A stretch of 64,000 bases of DNA from the IMG/VR virus record IMGVR_UViG_2974615235_000001, positions 1,236 to 65,235 of that record. One strand, 5' to 3'. Below, one piece after another: positions 9,449 to 20,300 of this stretch. Every line of letters begins with the position of its first letter. The stretch's first letter is position 1. The translations under genes and the position numbers were made by a program. The notes beneath the pieces were generated by a model. The model made no database searches, was not told where the DNA came from, and saw only the letters and a program-made list of their open reading frames with translations. The stretch is from a virus (Duplodnaviria; Heunggongvirae; Uroviricota; Caudoviricetes).

Positions 9449-11385
9449 TGGCTACCAATGTAGAAAAGTTTGTAGTTGATTTAGGGTTTAATGACGCTGA
9501 CCTAAAGAGACTTAAAGAACTTTTAAAACTCCAACAGACCGCAGATAAGAATGCACCTAAGAGGCTTCAGCAGACTACTAAGCAAGTCAATGAGGAAAGG
9601 AAACTCAACACTTTGGCTAATAAACGGCTTCAGATGAAGAAGCTCATAGCTAAAGCAGAGAAAGAGGGGGTGGCTGTCACTAAGTACAAGAAATCCCTTT
9701 CCGCTGCTAAGAAAATTGAGACTCTTGAAAAGCGTAGGATTGAACTTGAGGAGTTGTTCTGGAAGGCAAAGGAAGCTAATCAGAAAAAGGCCCAAGCTGC
9801 TAAACAGAAAGAGTTAAACACTGAAAAGAAAATAACTCAAGAGAAAGTTAAACAAACCTCTCCTTCTTTCTCTGACAGACGTAATGAAGTAAGGATGAGA
9901 AATGCCTTCGTCGAGAAGGTAGGGTTACGGGTTGAGAAATCTGGAGGCAGTCAGGGAGATATAGATGCCTTCAAGAAGAAAGCTAAGGCTGCCTACGGAT
10001 ATAAAGCTTCTGTTGCAGAGCTTAATAATGAGTTAAACAGATATGCTCATAAGCAACGTCAAGCTACTATGAGGACACGTAAGGCTAACCTAGCCATGCA
10101 AGGGTTGAATGACTCTACAAGGCACATGGTTAGGTCTTACGCTTCTTTGTATGCTGTCTTTGAAGCTACTACCGCTATCAATAGGACAGGTCAGCAGTTT
10201 GAGGCTATGAACTCTGCTATGTTGGCTGCAACAGGTACTTCTGAAATGGCTGCTAATGAGGTGGCGTTCCTTGATAAGATGACCTCTCGATTAGGTCTGT
10301 CCTTATTAGATACCTCAGACGCTTATACTAAGTTCTTGTTTGCTTCAAAAGGTAAGCTTGACCAAGACCAAACTAGGGAACTCTTTACAGGGTTATCTGA
10401 GCTAGGCACAACGTTAGGCGTTTCTAAAGAGAGAATGAAACTCTCAATGAACGCCATTACTCAAATGATGAACAAGGGAAAAATTTCTAGTGAAGAACTT
10501 CGCCTGCAATTAGCTGAAAGTTTGCCCGGCGCAATCCAAATATTCGCTAGATCAATCAATAAATCAGAAGCTGAACTTTTTAAAATGATGGAGAATGGAG
10601 AACTCCTAGCAGCAGATGTCCTTCCTAAAGTAGCTAAGGAAATGAAGAAAGTGGCTGCTGTAGGTTTAGAAGATAAACTAGACACATTACGTGTTGCTCA
10701 AGGACAATTCTTTAATGAGTTACAGAAGGCACAAGACACCATATTCCAAAGTGGATTTGCTGAAGGACTCAAGGATATGTTCTTTACCATATCAGAGTTC
10801 CTAAAAGGAAATGAGGACTCTTTGGAAGGTTTTGGTAAAGGTTTTAAAATGGTCTTCAATCTCATGGACGGAGCTTTAAAGCTAATACTCCCTATATTAG
10901 GTGCAATAGGTAGGGCTTTAGGCACAGTACATGATAGTCTTACGGCTATATTCGGGGAGGACTTATTCATAGATGCAGGTACACAAGTTAGTGGTTTAGG
11001 TCTAGCATTTACAGCCCTAGCGGTTAAGATGTCTCCTGTATATAGAATGGCATTAGCTATTATAGGTGTGATGGATGAAATAGCTGCCTTGTTTAGCACT
11101 GGTAGGTTAGGTATTCTAGAAGTAGCGTTAGGGAAAGATATTGACATAAGCAAAGCTGACCTAGACTTATTCGACATTGTAACAGCTACGAGTAATCCTA
11201 TGAAATTAATGGAACTAAACGAGAAGATGAATGGGTCGTCTGGTGTGTTTACTGATGTTAATAGAAGTAGGATAAACAATTCCTTAGAGCTTAAAGTGAC
11301 CACGGATAAAGAGTCCACTGTAGAAGTTGTTAAGAAGGAACTCAGCAAGGAATATGATGTTAACATACTATCAGGGGCGTTTTAA
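9448..11385 (+). CDS. tail tape measure protein
   Basis: 645 aa; N-terminal basic coiled coil, Gly/Ala-rich hydrophobic C-terminal part; position after the G/GT chaperone. Confidence 0.7.
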   Translation: MATNVEKFVVDLGFNDADLKRLKELLKLQQTADKNAPKRLQQTTKQVNEERKLNTLANKRLQMKKLIAKAEKEGVAVTKYKKSLSAAKKIETLEKRRIELEELFWKAKEANQKKAQAAKQKELNTEKKITQEKVKQTSPSFSDRRNEVRMRNAFVEKVGLRVEKSGGSQGDIDAFKKKAKAAYGYKASVAELNNELNRYAHKQRQATMRTRKANLAMQGLNDSTRHMVRSYASLYAVFEATTAINRTGQQFEAMNSAMLAATGTSEMAANEVAFLDKMTSRLGLSLLDTSDAYTKFLFASKGKLDQDQTRELFTGLSELGTTLGVSKERMKLSMNAITQMMNKGKISSEELRLQLAESLPGAIQIFARSINKSEAELFKMMENGELLAADVLPKVAKEMKKVAAVGLEDKLDTLRVAQGQFFNELQKAQDTIFQSGFAEGLKDMFFTISEFLKGNEDSLEGFGKGFKMVFNLMDGALKLILPILGAIGRALGTVHDSLTAIFGEDLFIDAGTQVSGLGLAFTALAVKMSPVYRMALAIIGVMDEIAALFSTGRLGILEVALGKDIDISKADLDLFDIVTATSNPMKLMELNEKMNGSSGVFTDVNRSRINNSLELKVTTDKESTVEVVKKELSKEYDVNILSGAF

Positions 11386-11993
11386 TGGCTAGTGAAATAT
11401 TTCTAATACACCAACCTGAAGCAGGGGGTCTTGTAGAGTACTTTGAGTTAACATGTACTACAGACATCACAGTAGAGAAAAGAAGTACGGTAACAGATGT
11501 CCCTGTGGAAGCGGGGTTTTCTGTAGCAGATAACGCTTTCGCAGAGCCTACAAGGTTTTCGATTAAAGGTGTTCTTACTAACATTGTCAATGTATCTTTA
11601 GATTACTATAAAAGCCCTGAAGAAACTATTAAAAGTTTACACAGTCTAATGGACCAAGGTACATTATTCACTTTGTCAGCAGACAACACTTTGGATAGTT
11701 ATGATGACGTGGTTATTGAATCTATGTCTATAGTTAAATCTAGGGGAATGGGTACTTCTTGGAATGCAGATATTAGCATGAAGCAAGTAGGTGTCACTAA
11801 TAAGGCACGTAATGTCACTTTCCCTCCACAGCAACCTGATACAGAGAAACAATCATCCGCTAAGAGAAAACAAAGTAGTAACAATACAGAAGAAAAAGAG
11901 TTAGAGTTTACTACCTTTGTAGAAGGAGGTAAAGCCCTCGTAGAGTCTAGTTTCTTTTATGGTATTATCAACGCAACAGTAGGAGGGGAGTAA
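11385..11993 (+). CDS. tail/baseplate assembly protein (hypothetical)
   Basis: 202 aa; ATGG overlap with tape measure stop. Confidence 0.3.
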   Translation: MASEIFLIHQPEAGGLVEYFELTCTTDITVEKRSTVTDVPVEAGFSVADNAFAEPTRFSIKGVLTNIVNVSLDYYKSPEETIKSLHSLMDQGTLFTLSADNTLDSYDDVVIESMSIVKSRGMGTSWNADISMKQVGVTNKARNVTFPPQQPDTEKQSSAKRKQSSNNTEEKELEFTTFVEGGKALVESSFFYGIINATVGGE

Positions 11994-12353
11994 ATGTTAT
12001 ACATAAACAACGCAGACGCTCCTTACTCTGAACAAAGAGTTACCCTAGGTGCTTCTAACTATATCATAGAGTTAAAATTCAACTCAAGGAATGAAGGTTG
12101 GTATCTTAACTTACTTTCTTCTGACGGACAAACCTCTTTAGTGACGGGATTAAGATTAAAACCTAATCAAATAATAACTAACAGATACTTAGTAGAAGAT
12201 TTTGAAGGGGCTTTAGCTTGCCTTAGAACTAAGAATGATTACAGTGTACTTTCCAGAGATAATTTAGGGAGAGACAAGGTGTATAGGATTGTGTGGTTCA
12301 ATGAGACTGAGTTAGAAAACTTAGGAGCAGAAGATGTCGTACAACTATCTTAG
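11994..12353 (+). CDS. tail/baseplate protein (hypothetical)
   Basis: 119 aa in operon. Confidence 0.3.
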   Translation: MLYINNADAPYSEQRVTLGASNYIIELKFNSRNEGWYLNLLSSDGQTSLVTGLRLKPNQIITNRYLVEDFEGALACLRTKNDYSVLSRDNLGRDKVYRIVWFNETELENLGAEDVVQLS

Positions 12354-13365
12354 ATACTACGAACTTATTGTAGGCTTCCCTGATACTTATAGATTAGTCT
12401 CTCCTGAGTACCCTTCCCTTAATGCCACTGACTCTGCTGACCTTACTTTTGACCAAAAACCTTTGAACTTTATGACGGTACAGAGGGCAGAGGGTAAAGG
12501 GGTGTCTGTATCAGAGAACCAATTAGTAGCTAAAGTTGGGGGAACTACTCAATCTAAGGGGTCTAATGCAAGGTCTTGTGTGATTACAGTACACAACCTA
12601 TCGGAGGATACAGTTCAAAACCTTACACAGAAGAATCTCAAGGTTATACTGAAAGCAGGTTATAAAGACGACTACGACCAAGATAACTTACCTGTAGTAT
12701 TTTCTGGACAAATAAAGTCAAGCAAGAGGGTACTTAGTAGAGATGTAAATGCGGTAGAGTTAATCTGCGAAGACGGTTACACTCCCTCTAACGCTGTTAA
12801 GGTTAATAAGACCCTCAAGTCAACTCCCTCTAAAACAATCACTGCTAATGATGTATTCGACTACCTCTTGTCTGTTTGGAATAAGAATGGTATTGCCTCT
12901 ACCAAAGATTCTATAAGATTTGACGAACTGCCTATTCACCCTAGTACAGTTCCTTTTAGAGGGGGTTGGACAGGGGAAGGGTATCTCAGGGATCGTATGG
13001 ATGAGATATGCGATGCTTTTAACTACCAATGGTATATCGTTAATGGGACTATCTACATCCAATCTGCTTTCTCAAATAAAGTCAGGGAAGTTATTGAGTT
13101 AGATATGTCACTAGTTAAAGGGATACAAGATGGTAATGAGAACTATAAGAATGACTCCAACCAAGAAGGGAAGTCTCGTATAAAAGTTACTACTTTTCTG
13201 AATGGGGCTATTACAGAAGATAAATTTATTAACCTTACACCTGCCGCCAACGGGAGTAAAGGAAGGACAGATTATACAGGACTTTATAAAGTAATTTCTG
13301 TTAGTCACTCTTTAGATTACAGGGGTAACAAATGGGATACAATAGTGGAGTGTGAGAGCTTATGA
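12334..13365 (+). CDS. baseplate hub-like protein (hypothetical)
   Basis: 343 aa between tape measure and spike/gp25-like genes. Confidence 0.35.
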   Translation: MSYNYLRYYELIVGFPDTYRLVSPEYPSLNATDSADLTFDQKPLNFMTVQRAEGKGVSVSENQLVAKVGGTTQSKGSNARSCVITVHNLSEDTVQNLTQKNLKVILKAGYKDDYDQDNLPVVFSGQIKSSKRVLSRDVNAVELICEDGYTPSNAVKVNKTLKSTPSKTITANDVFDYLLSVWNKNGIASTKDSIRFDELPIHPSTVPFRGGWTGEGYLRDRMDEICDAFNYQWYIVNGTIYIQSAFSNKVREVIELDMSLVKGIQDGNENYKNDSNQEGKSRIKVTTFLNGAITEDKFINLTPAANGSKGRTDYTGLYKVISVSHSLDYRGNKWDTIVECESL

Positions 13366-14084
13366 TAAACCTTACAGAAGTAATACAATCTCATATTAAC
13401 AAAGCTATGTTTAACCTCAATACTTGTGTTCCTGCTTATATTACTGAGGTGGTGGAAAAAGGGGACTTTATAAAAGAAGTATCTGTTAGAATTGTTAATC
13501 AGAAGTCCTACAAGAGTGGAGAAATATTTGAGAGGAATGAAATTACTAACGTCCCTATTTTATTTCCTTCCAGTTCTGAAGGCATAGTATCGTTCCCTGT
13601 TAAGGTAGGAGATACAGTATTGCTTCTATTTTCTCAAGAAGATGTAGACACGTTCCTGCACGACGGTACTAAAGATAAGCCTCCTCAAAGCTTCCGCAAG
13701 TTCTCTTTAACAGATGCAATAGCAGTCCCTTGTGTCCACCCTACTAACTCAGACATAAAAGCCCACAAGGACAATTTCCAGATAACATTTAACGATTTTA
13801 AGCTGTCTGTAAAGCCCTCTGGGGAGACTTCTCTTGAAACTAATACTAGCGTATCAACTAACGCACAAAACCTCATAGAGAGCGTTACAGGGCGTTATAA
13901 GGTAGATTCTAGTATTACAGAGGTAACTTCTGATACGGTAACTATAGGGAATGGGTCTGTTGATATAGTTCAGTACTTATCTGACCTTACTGAGGAGATT
14001 AGTAATATTACGGTAGGTGGAACTCCAATAGATAATAAAGCTAAATTTACAGAACTTAAAGCCTTAATAGACGAACTCAAGTAG
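13362..14084 (+). CDS. baseplate spike / assembly protein (gpV-like, hypothetical)
   Basis: 240 aa directly upstream of gp25/W-like gene as in P2/Mu-type baseplate clusters. Confidence 0.35.
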   Translation: MINLTEVIQSHINKAMFNLNTCVPAYITEVVEKGDFIKEVSVRIVNQKSYKSGEIFERNEITNVPILFPSSSEGIVSFPVKVGDTVLLLFSQEDVDTFLHDGTKDKPPQSFRKFSLTDAIAVPCVHPTNSDIKAHKDNFQITFNDFKLSVKPSGETSLETNTSVSTNAQNLIESVTGRYKVDSSITEVTSDTVTIGNGSVDIVQYLSDLTEEISNITVGGTPIDNKAKFTELKALIDELK

Positions 14085-14091
14085 GTGATAT

Positions 14092-14457
14092 ATGTCCGAT
14101 ATTAAATTAACAAAAGGTGGGGATATTGATCTTACGAGTGGTAGGGTTACATTACTTTCCACTGAACAAGAATCCACTACACAAAGACTTCTCATCAAGT
14201 TAAAGACTTACAGAGGTGAGTGGTACTTAGATATATCTCAAGGTATCCCTTACTTTCAGAGAATCTTTCAAAGAGGTGGGAACGTAAAGAGTGTTGCTGA
14301 CACAGTGATTAAGAATGCTATTCAAAATGATGAAGGTGTTATCTCCTTAGATAGTTTTGAGTCTACTCTTAGTCCTAGCGGTAACTACTCTTTAAACTTT
14401 AAAGTGACATCTATCTCTGGTGATATTGTCAGTGTACAACAAAATATAGAATTTTAG
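14092..14457 (+). CDS. baseplate wedge protein, gp25/GPW lysozyme-like family
   Basis: 121 aa; size, charge pattern and ...YRGEWYLDISQGIPYF... region typical of GPW/gp25 family. Confidence 0.6.
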   Translation: MSDIKLTKGGDIDLTSGRVTLLSTEQESTTQRLLIKLKTYRGEWYLDISQGIPYFQRIFQRGGNVKSVADTVIKNAIQNDEGVISLDSFESTLSPSGNYSLNFKVTSISGDIVSVQQNIEF

Positions 14458-14467
14458 AAGGTGATAT

Positions 14468-15913
14468 ATGTCCTTAACTGAAACAGGATTTAACGCAAGA
14501 CGTTTCACTGATATTAGGTCTGAGATGTTTGAGGAGATGGTAAGTAACCTTGCTATTGAGTTGGACACTTCCCCTAACCAAGTGTTAAGCATCATAACAA
14601 ATATATTCGCATCCTCTGTCACAGACATTGAGGAACTGGCACAAGCAGTAGCTGATAACTTTAACATAGATAAGGCAGAAGGGAAATACTTAGATGACCT
14701 TGTTGCTATTGTTAAACTAAGACGTTTAGGAGAGAGTTACACTACGGGGGTTATCCATGTAGAGAGTGTTAATGTAAGCTCCTCTATCCCATCAGGGACG
14801 ACTTTCTCTGATACCCAAGGGAATGAGTACACTAACAGTATCGCGGCTTCTGTAAGCAATCTAGAGGCCACTAAGGTTACAATACAGCCTATTGACACAA
14901 GTGGTATCTTCTCTGTTGTCATAGACGGAACTACTTTTAGTGTTACTTATCAGAATACAACTTCAGCGGGGGCTATTGTAATAGCACTCTACAATGAGAT
15001 ACTAGCATCTGCTCCTACTAAATATAGTTTAGGTTTCCCCTCAAATAGTGCATTAGAAATCGAATTAAACGACAAGTCTAACACTATGTCTGTTGTACCT
15101 AATGCCAATATGCAAGTTACCTCTGTGGAAGTTCCTGTTGTAGTGACAGCAACCGAAGTGGGTGTTATTGACCCAGAGGTGGGTACTGTCAGTAATATCA
15201 ACACCAATGTAGCAGGCGTTCAATCTGTAACTAACTACTTCAGGCTCTCTGTTGGTAGGGAGCGTGAGACAGATGAGGAACTACGTGTAAGACAACAAGG
15301 TAGTACACAGATTGCTGGTAGTGCCACTGCTCCTGCTATGTTTGCTAAACTTTCAAATATTATTGGCGTGTCTCAGGTGAGGGTGTTTGAGAATAAGAGT
15401 GGTTTCATTAACACAGGGGGTCTCCCTTACAAGAGTTTTGAGTGCATAGTTCAAGGTGGTGATGAACAAACGATAGCAGATACTATCTATAACACAATGC
15501 CTCTAGGGGTTGAGACCTATGGAGAAATTACTACCATTGTTCAAGATTATGCAGGTAATAATGAAGCAGTAAGGTGGTCAAGACCTACTCTCAGATATAT
15601 TAATGTTAAAGTTACCTTTGACGCTTATGACGAAGAGACTTTCCCTGATGATGGTATTCAAACTATTAAAGATACTGTGGTAGAGGTAGGTGAAGCCTTA
15701 ACCCTAGATGAGGATGTTATCCCACAGAGATTCTTGGGGCACATATACAATGCTGTTACTGGGATTGCTGAAATGACAGTAGAGGTAGGTACAAGTGTTA
15801 ACCCTGCTTCACCTACCCCAGATGAGGTTCAATACTCAACAGACCGCATAGCGATAGATGGTAGAACTAAGGCAGACTTTGACTTAGTAAGGATACAGGT
15901 TGTCCAACAATGA
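14468..15913 (+). CDS. baseplate J-like protein
   Basis: 481 aa directly after the gp25-like gene, as in P2 J / T4 gp6 clusters. Confidence 0.55.
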   Translation: MSLTETGFNARRFTDIRSEMFEEMVSNLAIELDTSPNQVLSIITNIFASSVTDIEELAQAVADNFNIDKAEGKYLDDLVAIVKLRRLGESYTTGVIHVESVNVSSSIPSGTTFSDTQGNEYTNSIAASVSNLEATKVTIQPIDTSGIFSVVIDGTTFSVTYQNTTSAGAIVIALYNEILASAPTKYSLGFPSNSALEIELNDKSNTMSVVPNANMQVTSVEVPVVVTATEVGVIDPEVGTVSNINTNVAGVQSVTNYFRLSVGRERETDEELRVRQQGSTQIAGSATAPAMFAKLSNIIGVSQVRVFENKSGFINTGGLPYKSFECIVQGGDEQTIADTIYNTMPLGVETYGEITTIVQDYAGNNEAVRWSRPTLRYINVKVTFDAYDEETFPDDGIQTIKDTVVEVGEALTLDEDVIPQRFLGHIYNAVTGIAEMTVEVGTSVNPASPTPDEVQYSTDRIAIDGRTKADFDLVRIQVVQQ

Positions 15914-16593
15914 TTCCTTTAAGAAAAGAACATGAACCACAAGCATACGATAGGTTATTAGAGCAATTTAAAGACAAACCTAATGTAATGGCTCTACTCA
16001 AGGGTTGGATGAAAGGGGTACAAACCACAGAAGATTCTATATTTGACTTACTTAACAATAGGTCTATACAAACTGCCATTGGTGTTCAATTAGACAACAT
16101 TGGAAAATTAGTAGGGGCACAACGTAAGGGTAGGTCAGATGAATCTTATAGAGAGTTTATCCAACTACAAATACTAATCAATAACTCTGAGGGCACTCCT
16201 AACGATATATTGGAGATCCTAGCCCTCATCACTGATGCAAGTATTGTTAAGAGTTTTCCTCACTATCCAGTAGGAGGGAGTCTTTACACTAACGGAAGTA
16301 GAATACCCGCTAATTTAGCCTCCACCCTCACAAAAGCGGCCCCCATAACACATGGGGATATCCACATATACCATGACCCCAACAATGATTGTTTAATCCC
16401 TGTGGAGGCTGTTAGAACATTAGGTATCTTGGTAGATAATGATGGTAATGAGATTGTGGATAATAATGGCAACAACATTGTCGTAGGCGGGTTAGGGGCA
16501 GAGATATCTCAGAATACTTGGAGAGGTGTTTTAGCTGAATCAGATGGCTCAATAACTGAGGTTGGCATTCCTTGTGAAGGCTACACAAAATAA
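15910..16593 (+). CDS. baseplate / tail fiber attachment protein (gpI-like, hypothetical)
   Basis: 227 aa; ATGA overlap with the J-like gene. Confidence 0.35.
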   Translation: MIPLRKEHEPQAYDRLLEQFKDKPNVMALLKGWMKGVQTTEDSIFDLLNNRSIQTAIGVQLDNIGKLVGAQRKGRSDESYREFIQLQILINNSEGTPNDILEILALITDASIVKSFPHYPVGGSLYTNGSRIPANLASTLTKAAPITHGDIHIYHDPNNDCLIPVEAVRTLGILVDNDGNEIVDNNGNNIVVGGLGAEISQNTWRGVLAESDGSITEVGIPCEGYTK

Positions 16594-16608
16594 TTAATAG
16601 GATAAGAA

Positions 16609-17322
16609 ATGGCAATTAATGCAGATAACGTTAAATGGGCTGACCAGAGTGTCAATGACCCTGTAACAGGACTCCCTAATAAAGTACAACCTACCGCAGA
16701 GTTTCAAAATGATGGACTCAAATCGGGAGAACCTTTACGAAGGGACTACCTAAACTACATGTTTAATGAACACCATGGGATGTTTGCTGACCTTCAACAA
16801 CAAATTAATGACTTAGTGTTAACTGACGTAGGGGGCGCTGTACTACAGCAGATCTACCATGTTGGTGCATATTACATGAGTGACAGTTCTCAGAGTCCCG
16901 CAACACGATTTGGCTTTGGTACATGGGAACGTGTAAGGGGTAAGTTTATTGTTGGTATGGACGAGGGTGACTCTGACTTTAATGCTGCTGGTAAAACTGG
17001 TGGTAGTAAGACTCACTCTCACAGTAATAACCTTTCTATTAATAGCGCAGGGTCACACACCCATGAAGTTAGTAGAGAAGACTGGGGTAGCTTACAACAA
17101 AGTCAAGGTAGTACTCCTAACCTACCGCAACCTACAACTCAGGGTAGGCTAGTGACAGGTTCAGGTAGAGGAGGGGATGAGTTAGAGCCATTAGGTGAAG
17201 CTTCTGGTGACAAAACAACCTCTACTTCAGGTTCACATACCCACACGATGTCAGGTGGGATTAACTCCTCTAGTAATGTCCCTCCCTATAGAGCCGCATA
17301 TATATGGGTAAGAACCGCGTAA
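16609..17322 (+). CDS. short tail fiber / tail-collar-domain protein with three HxH motifs
   Basis: 237 aa; Gly/Ser-rich; SHSHS, SHTHEV and SHTHTM motifs; C-terminal ...NVPPYRAAYIWVRTA like phage tail-collar domains. Confidence 0.45.
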   Translation: MAINADNVKWADQSVNDPVTGLPNKVQPTAEFQNDGLKSGEPLRRDYLNYMFNEHHGMFADLQQQINDLVLTDVGGAVLQQIYHVGAYYMSDSSQSPATRFGFGTWERVRGKFIVGMDEGDSDFNAAGKTGGSKTHSHSNNLSINSAGSHTHEVSREDWGSLQQSQGSTPNLPQPTTQGRLVTGSGRGGDELEPLGEASGDKTTSTSGSHTHTMSGGINSSSNVPPYRAAYIWVRTA

Positions 17323-17371
17323 TACCTTCTGTACTCTCAGAGGGGATTCCCTCAATATTTAAGGATACACA

Positions 17372-20300
17372 ATGGCACAATTTGAGATTACAGACTTTCC
17401 AGAAATAGCTACGTTAACAGACGAAGAAAACTTTGTATTCTATGTTAAGAGGATTACGGATGGACAAGATTATAAGATTAAGCTAGGCAACTTTCAAGGG
17501 TTAATTCTTGATACTGTGTCTGGACAAGGTGAAGACTTTATACAACAGATAGTAGACCAATTACTACCTGATATAGAGTCTTCTTTTGAACAAGATTTAG
17601 AAGATCAAGTAGCAGAAGCCATAGCCTCTGAAAGAGTTCAAAGGGAAATTGAACTAAAGATTGATGAAATACTAGGGGAGGATTTTGAGAACCCCTATAC
17701 CACCATTGTTGCTGAAGTTAACTCTGTTATCGACAATGCACGTACTAACAAGAAGTTCTCTAAAGAGATTACTCTAGTAAATAATACGCTTGATGTAGTT
17801 AACAATGAAAAATTACCTGCACTACAAGAGGAACTAGATAACCTAAACAATGTAGTGTTACCGCAAGTTAATGCCACTATTGCTCAAGTAGAATCTGATT
17901 TAGCTACTCTTAATGAGGTAGACTTACCTGAGTTAGATACCTCATTAGAGGCTCTGGATGACTCTCTGACAACATTAAATGATGTAACCCTACCTGCCCT
18001 AGAGGGAAGATTAGCACAAGCTGAGATTGAGTTACAGAACCTCAACGCAGTAGACTTGACAGTATTACAGAATGAGCTAGACCAGATTAATGAAGATTTA
18101 GATACACTTAATAATACTACATTACCTGCACTAGAAGCCACTGTACAAGCCGTACAAGACGATTTAGACAATCTTGACCTTACTGGGTTACAGAATGATT
18201 TAAACGCGGCACAGAGCGATATAGACACTCTCAACAACACTACTATCCCTAATATCAATACTACGTTAGGAGGTCTAAGCACAGACTTAGATAACCTTAA
18301 CAATGTAAAGCTACCTGAGATAGATAGTACCTTAGGTGAGTTAGAGAATAACTTGCTAGACTTATCTGATGAACTTACCCTCTTAGATGAGAATACAGAA
18401 GAACTCAATGAAGCACTGTACATTGTTGAGGATATAAATAGTATCCTTGAGAATAGACAAACTCTTAGAGAGCAACGTAAGTCCTCTAATGTATTGGGGA
18501 GAGATTTAGACAACCTTAACCAAGTGGTGTTACCTAATGTACAAGAAACATTAGAAGCTGCTAGGGTTGACATATCTACTCTTAATAACACAACTATCCC
18601 TTCTTTACAAAACTCTGTAAGAGACACCGCTGCTAGTGTTGACACATTGGGGGATAAGTTCCCTATTACGGAAACAGATATAACTGATGGGGCGATCACT
18701 ACTCCCAAGATTGCGACTAATGCAGTCACAGCTAATGAGATACTGGCAGGAACAATAACCTCTAATGAGATTGCTGCCCTTACTATTATTGGTCAGAATA
18801 TCTTAGGAGAAACAATTTCCGCTGACAAACTAATAGCTAACACAATCACTGCCAATGAGATAGCCTCTGAGACTATCACAGGTAATGAGATTGCAGCTAA
18901 CAGTGTCAACGCGGATAGGCTCGTTGCTAACAGTATTACTGCCGCACAGATAGATGCAGGCACAATTACTGCCAATGAACTTTCTGCTGACAGTGTAGAC
19001 ACCTTACAGTTAGTAACTGATTCCGTGATAGCAGATAAGATTGCATCTAACGCAGTTACAGCAGATAAGATACTAGCAGGGAGTGTTACCACTAATAAAC
19101 TATTCTCAGGGGCGGTCACTACAGATAAACTCTTCGCAGGGGCTGTAACCTCAGAGAAGATAGAGTCTCGGACTATTGTAGCAGAGAATATCCAGCTTGG
19201 TACTCTAACAGGTAATGAGATTGCTGTAAATAGTATTAATGCAGACAGGATTGTGGCTAACAGTATAGGCGCTAATCAGATCGCTGCCAATGCTATCACC
19301 GTAGATGAACTTGCTTCTAATAGTGTAACCTCTGTTAAGATTGTATCTGGCGCTATTACGACTGACAAGATGACAGCTAACACAATTAACGGTGACAGGA
19401 TTACTGCTAACACATTAGACGCATCTAAAATTGTTGCTGAGAGTATATCTGCTAGAGAGATTGCCGCCTTATCTATTACAGGTGATTTAATTAAAGGTAA
19501 TACGATAGAAGGGGATAAACTTGTAGTTAACTCTATCTCTGGTGACAGGATTACTACTAACACTCTCAATGGTAATAAGATTACCGCAGGGACTATCAGC
19601 GCAGACAGACTAGTGGCGAATAGCATCACTTCGGGGCAACTTGCTGCTAATAGTGTCACAGCCAGTGAGATTCAGGCAGGTAGTGTCTCTACAGATAAGA
19701 TGGTAGCCAACAGTATTAACGGTGACAGGATTACTTCTAATACTTTACACGCTGATAAAATCGTAGCAGGGACTATTGGTGCTAGAGAGATTACTGCTAA
19801 TAGCATTACAGCAGGAGAGATAGCGTCTCTTACCATAACAGGTAACGAAATCAAAGGTAATAGCGTTCACGCTGATAAGATCATTGCCAACACGATTGGA
19901 GCTAGAGAGATTACTGCTAATAGTATTACATCTGATGAGATTGCCGCTAACACTATTATAGGTGGCAATATCCTCGGTAATACTATCACAGGTGATAAGA
20001 TTAAGGCTAACCAGATTGATGCTAGTCATATACAAGCAGACGCTGTTGAGGCTGATGCTATCAAAGCGAGGGTTATCACAGGAGACAAGTTAGCCTTTGA
20101 GACTATCACAGGTGATTTGATAGCAGCCAATACATTAACCACTAAGAACCTTGTAGTAAGTGACTTTGAGAATCTTACCTATGGAAGTGACTTTGAAGTG
20201 GCAGAGGAAATTCCTTGGGATTTGTCAGACCCTAGCATTTATGTAGTTAACGCAACCAACATATCTCAAAATGCATTACAATTTGCCTCTGAGGGGAGTG

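Noticed and set aside
10461-11590. Minus-strand ORFs antisense to the tape measure gene (10461-10685, 10698-11366, 11360-11590) and 9523-9795
   Set aside because: Nested antisense frames of a long, compositionally biased gene; no start context.
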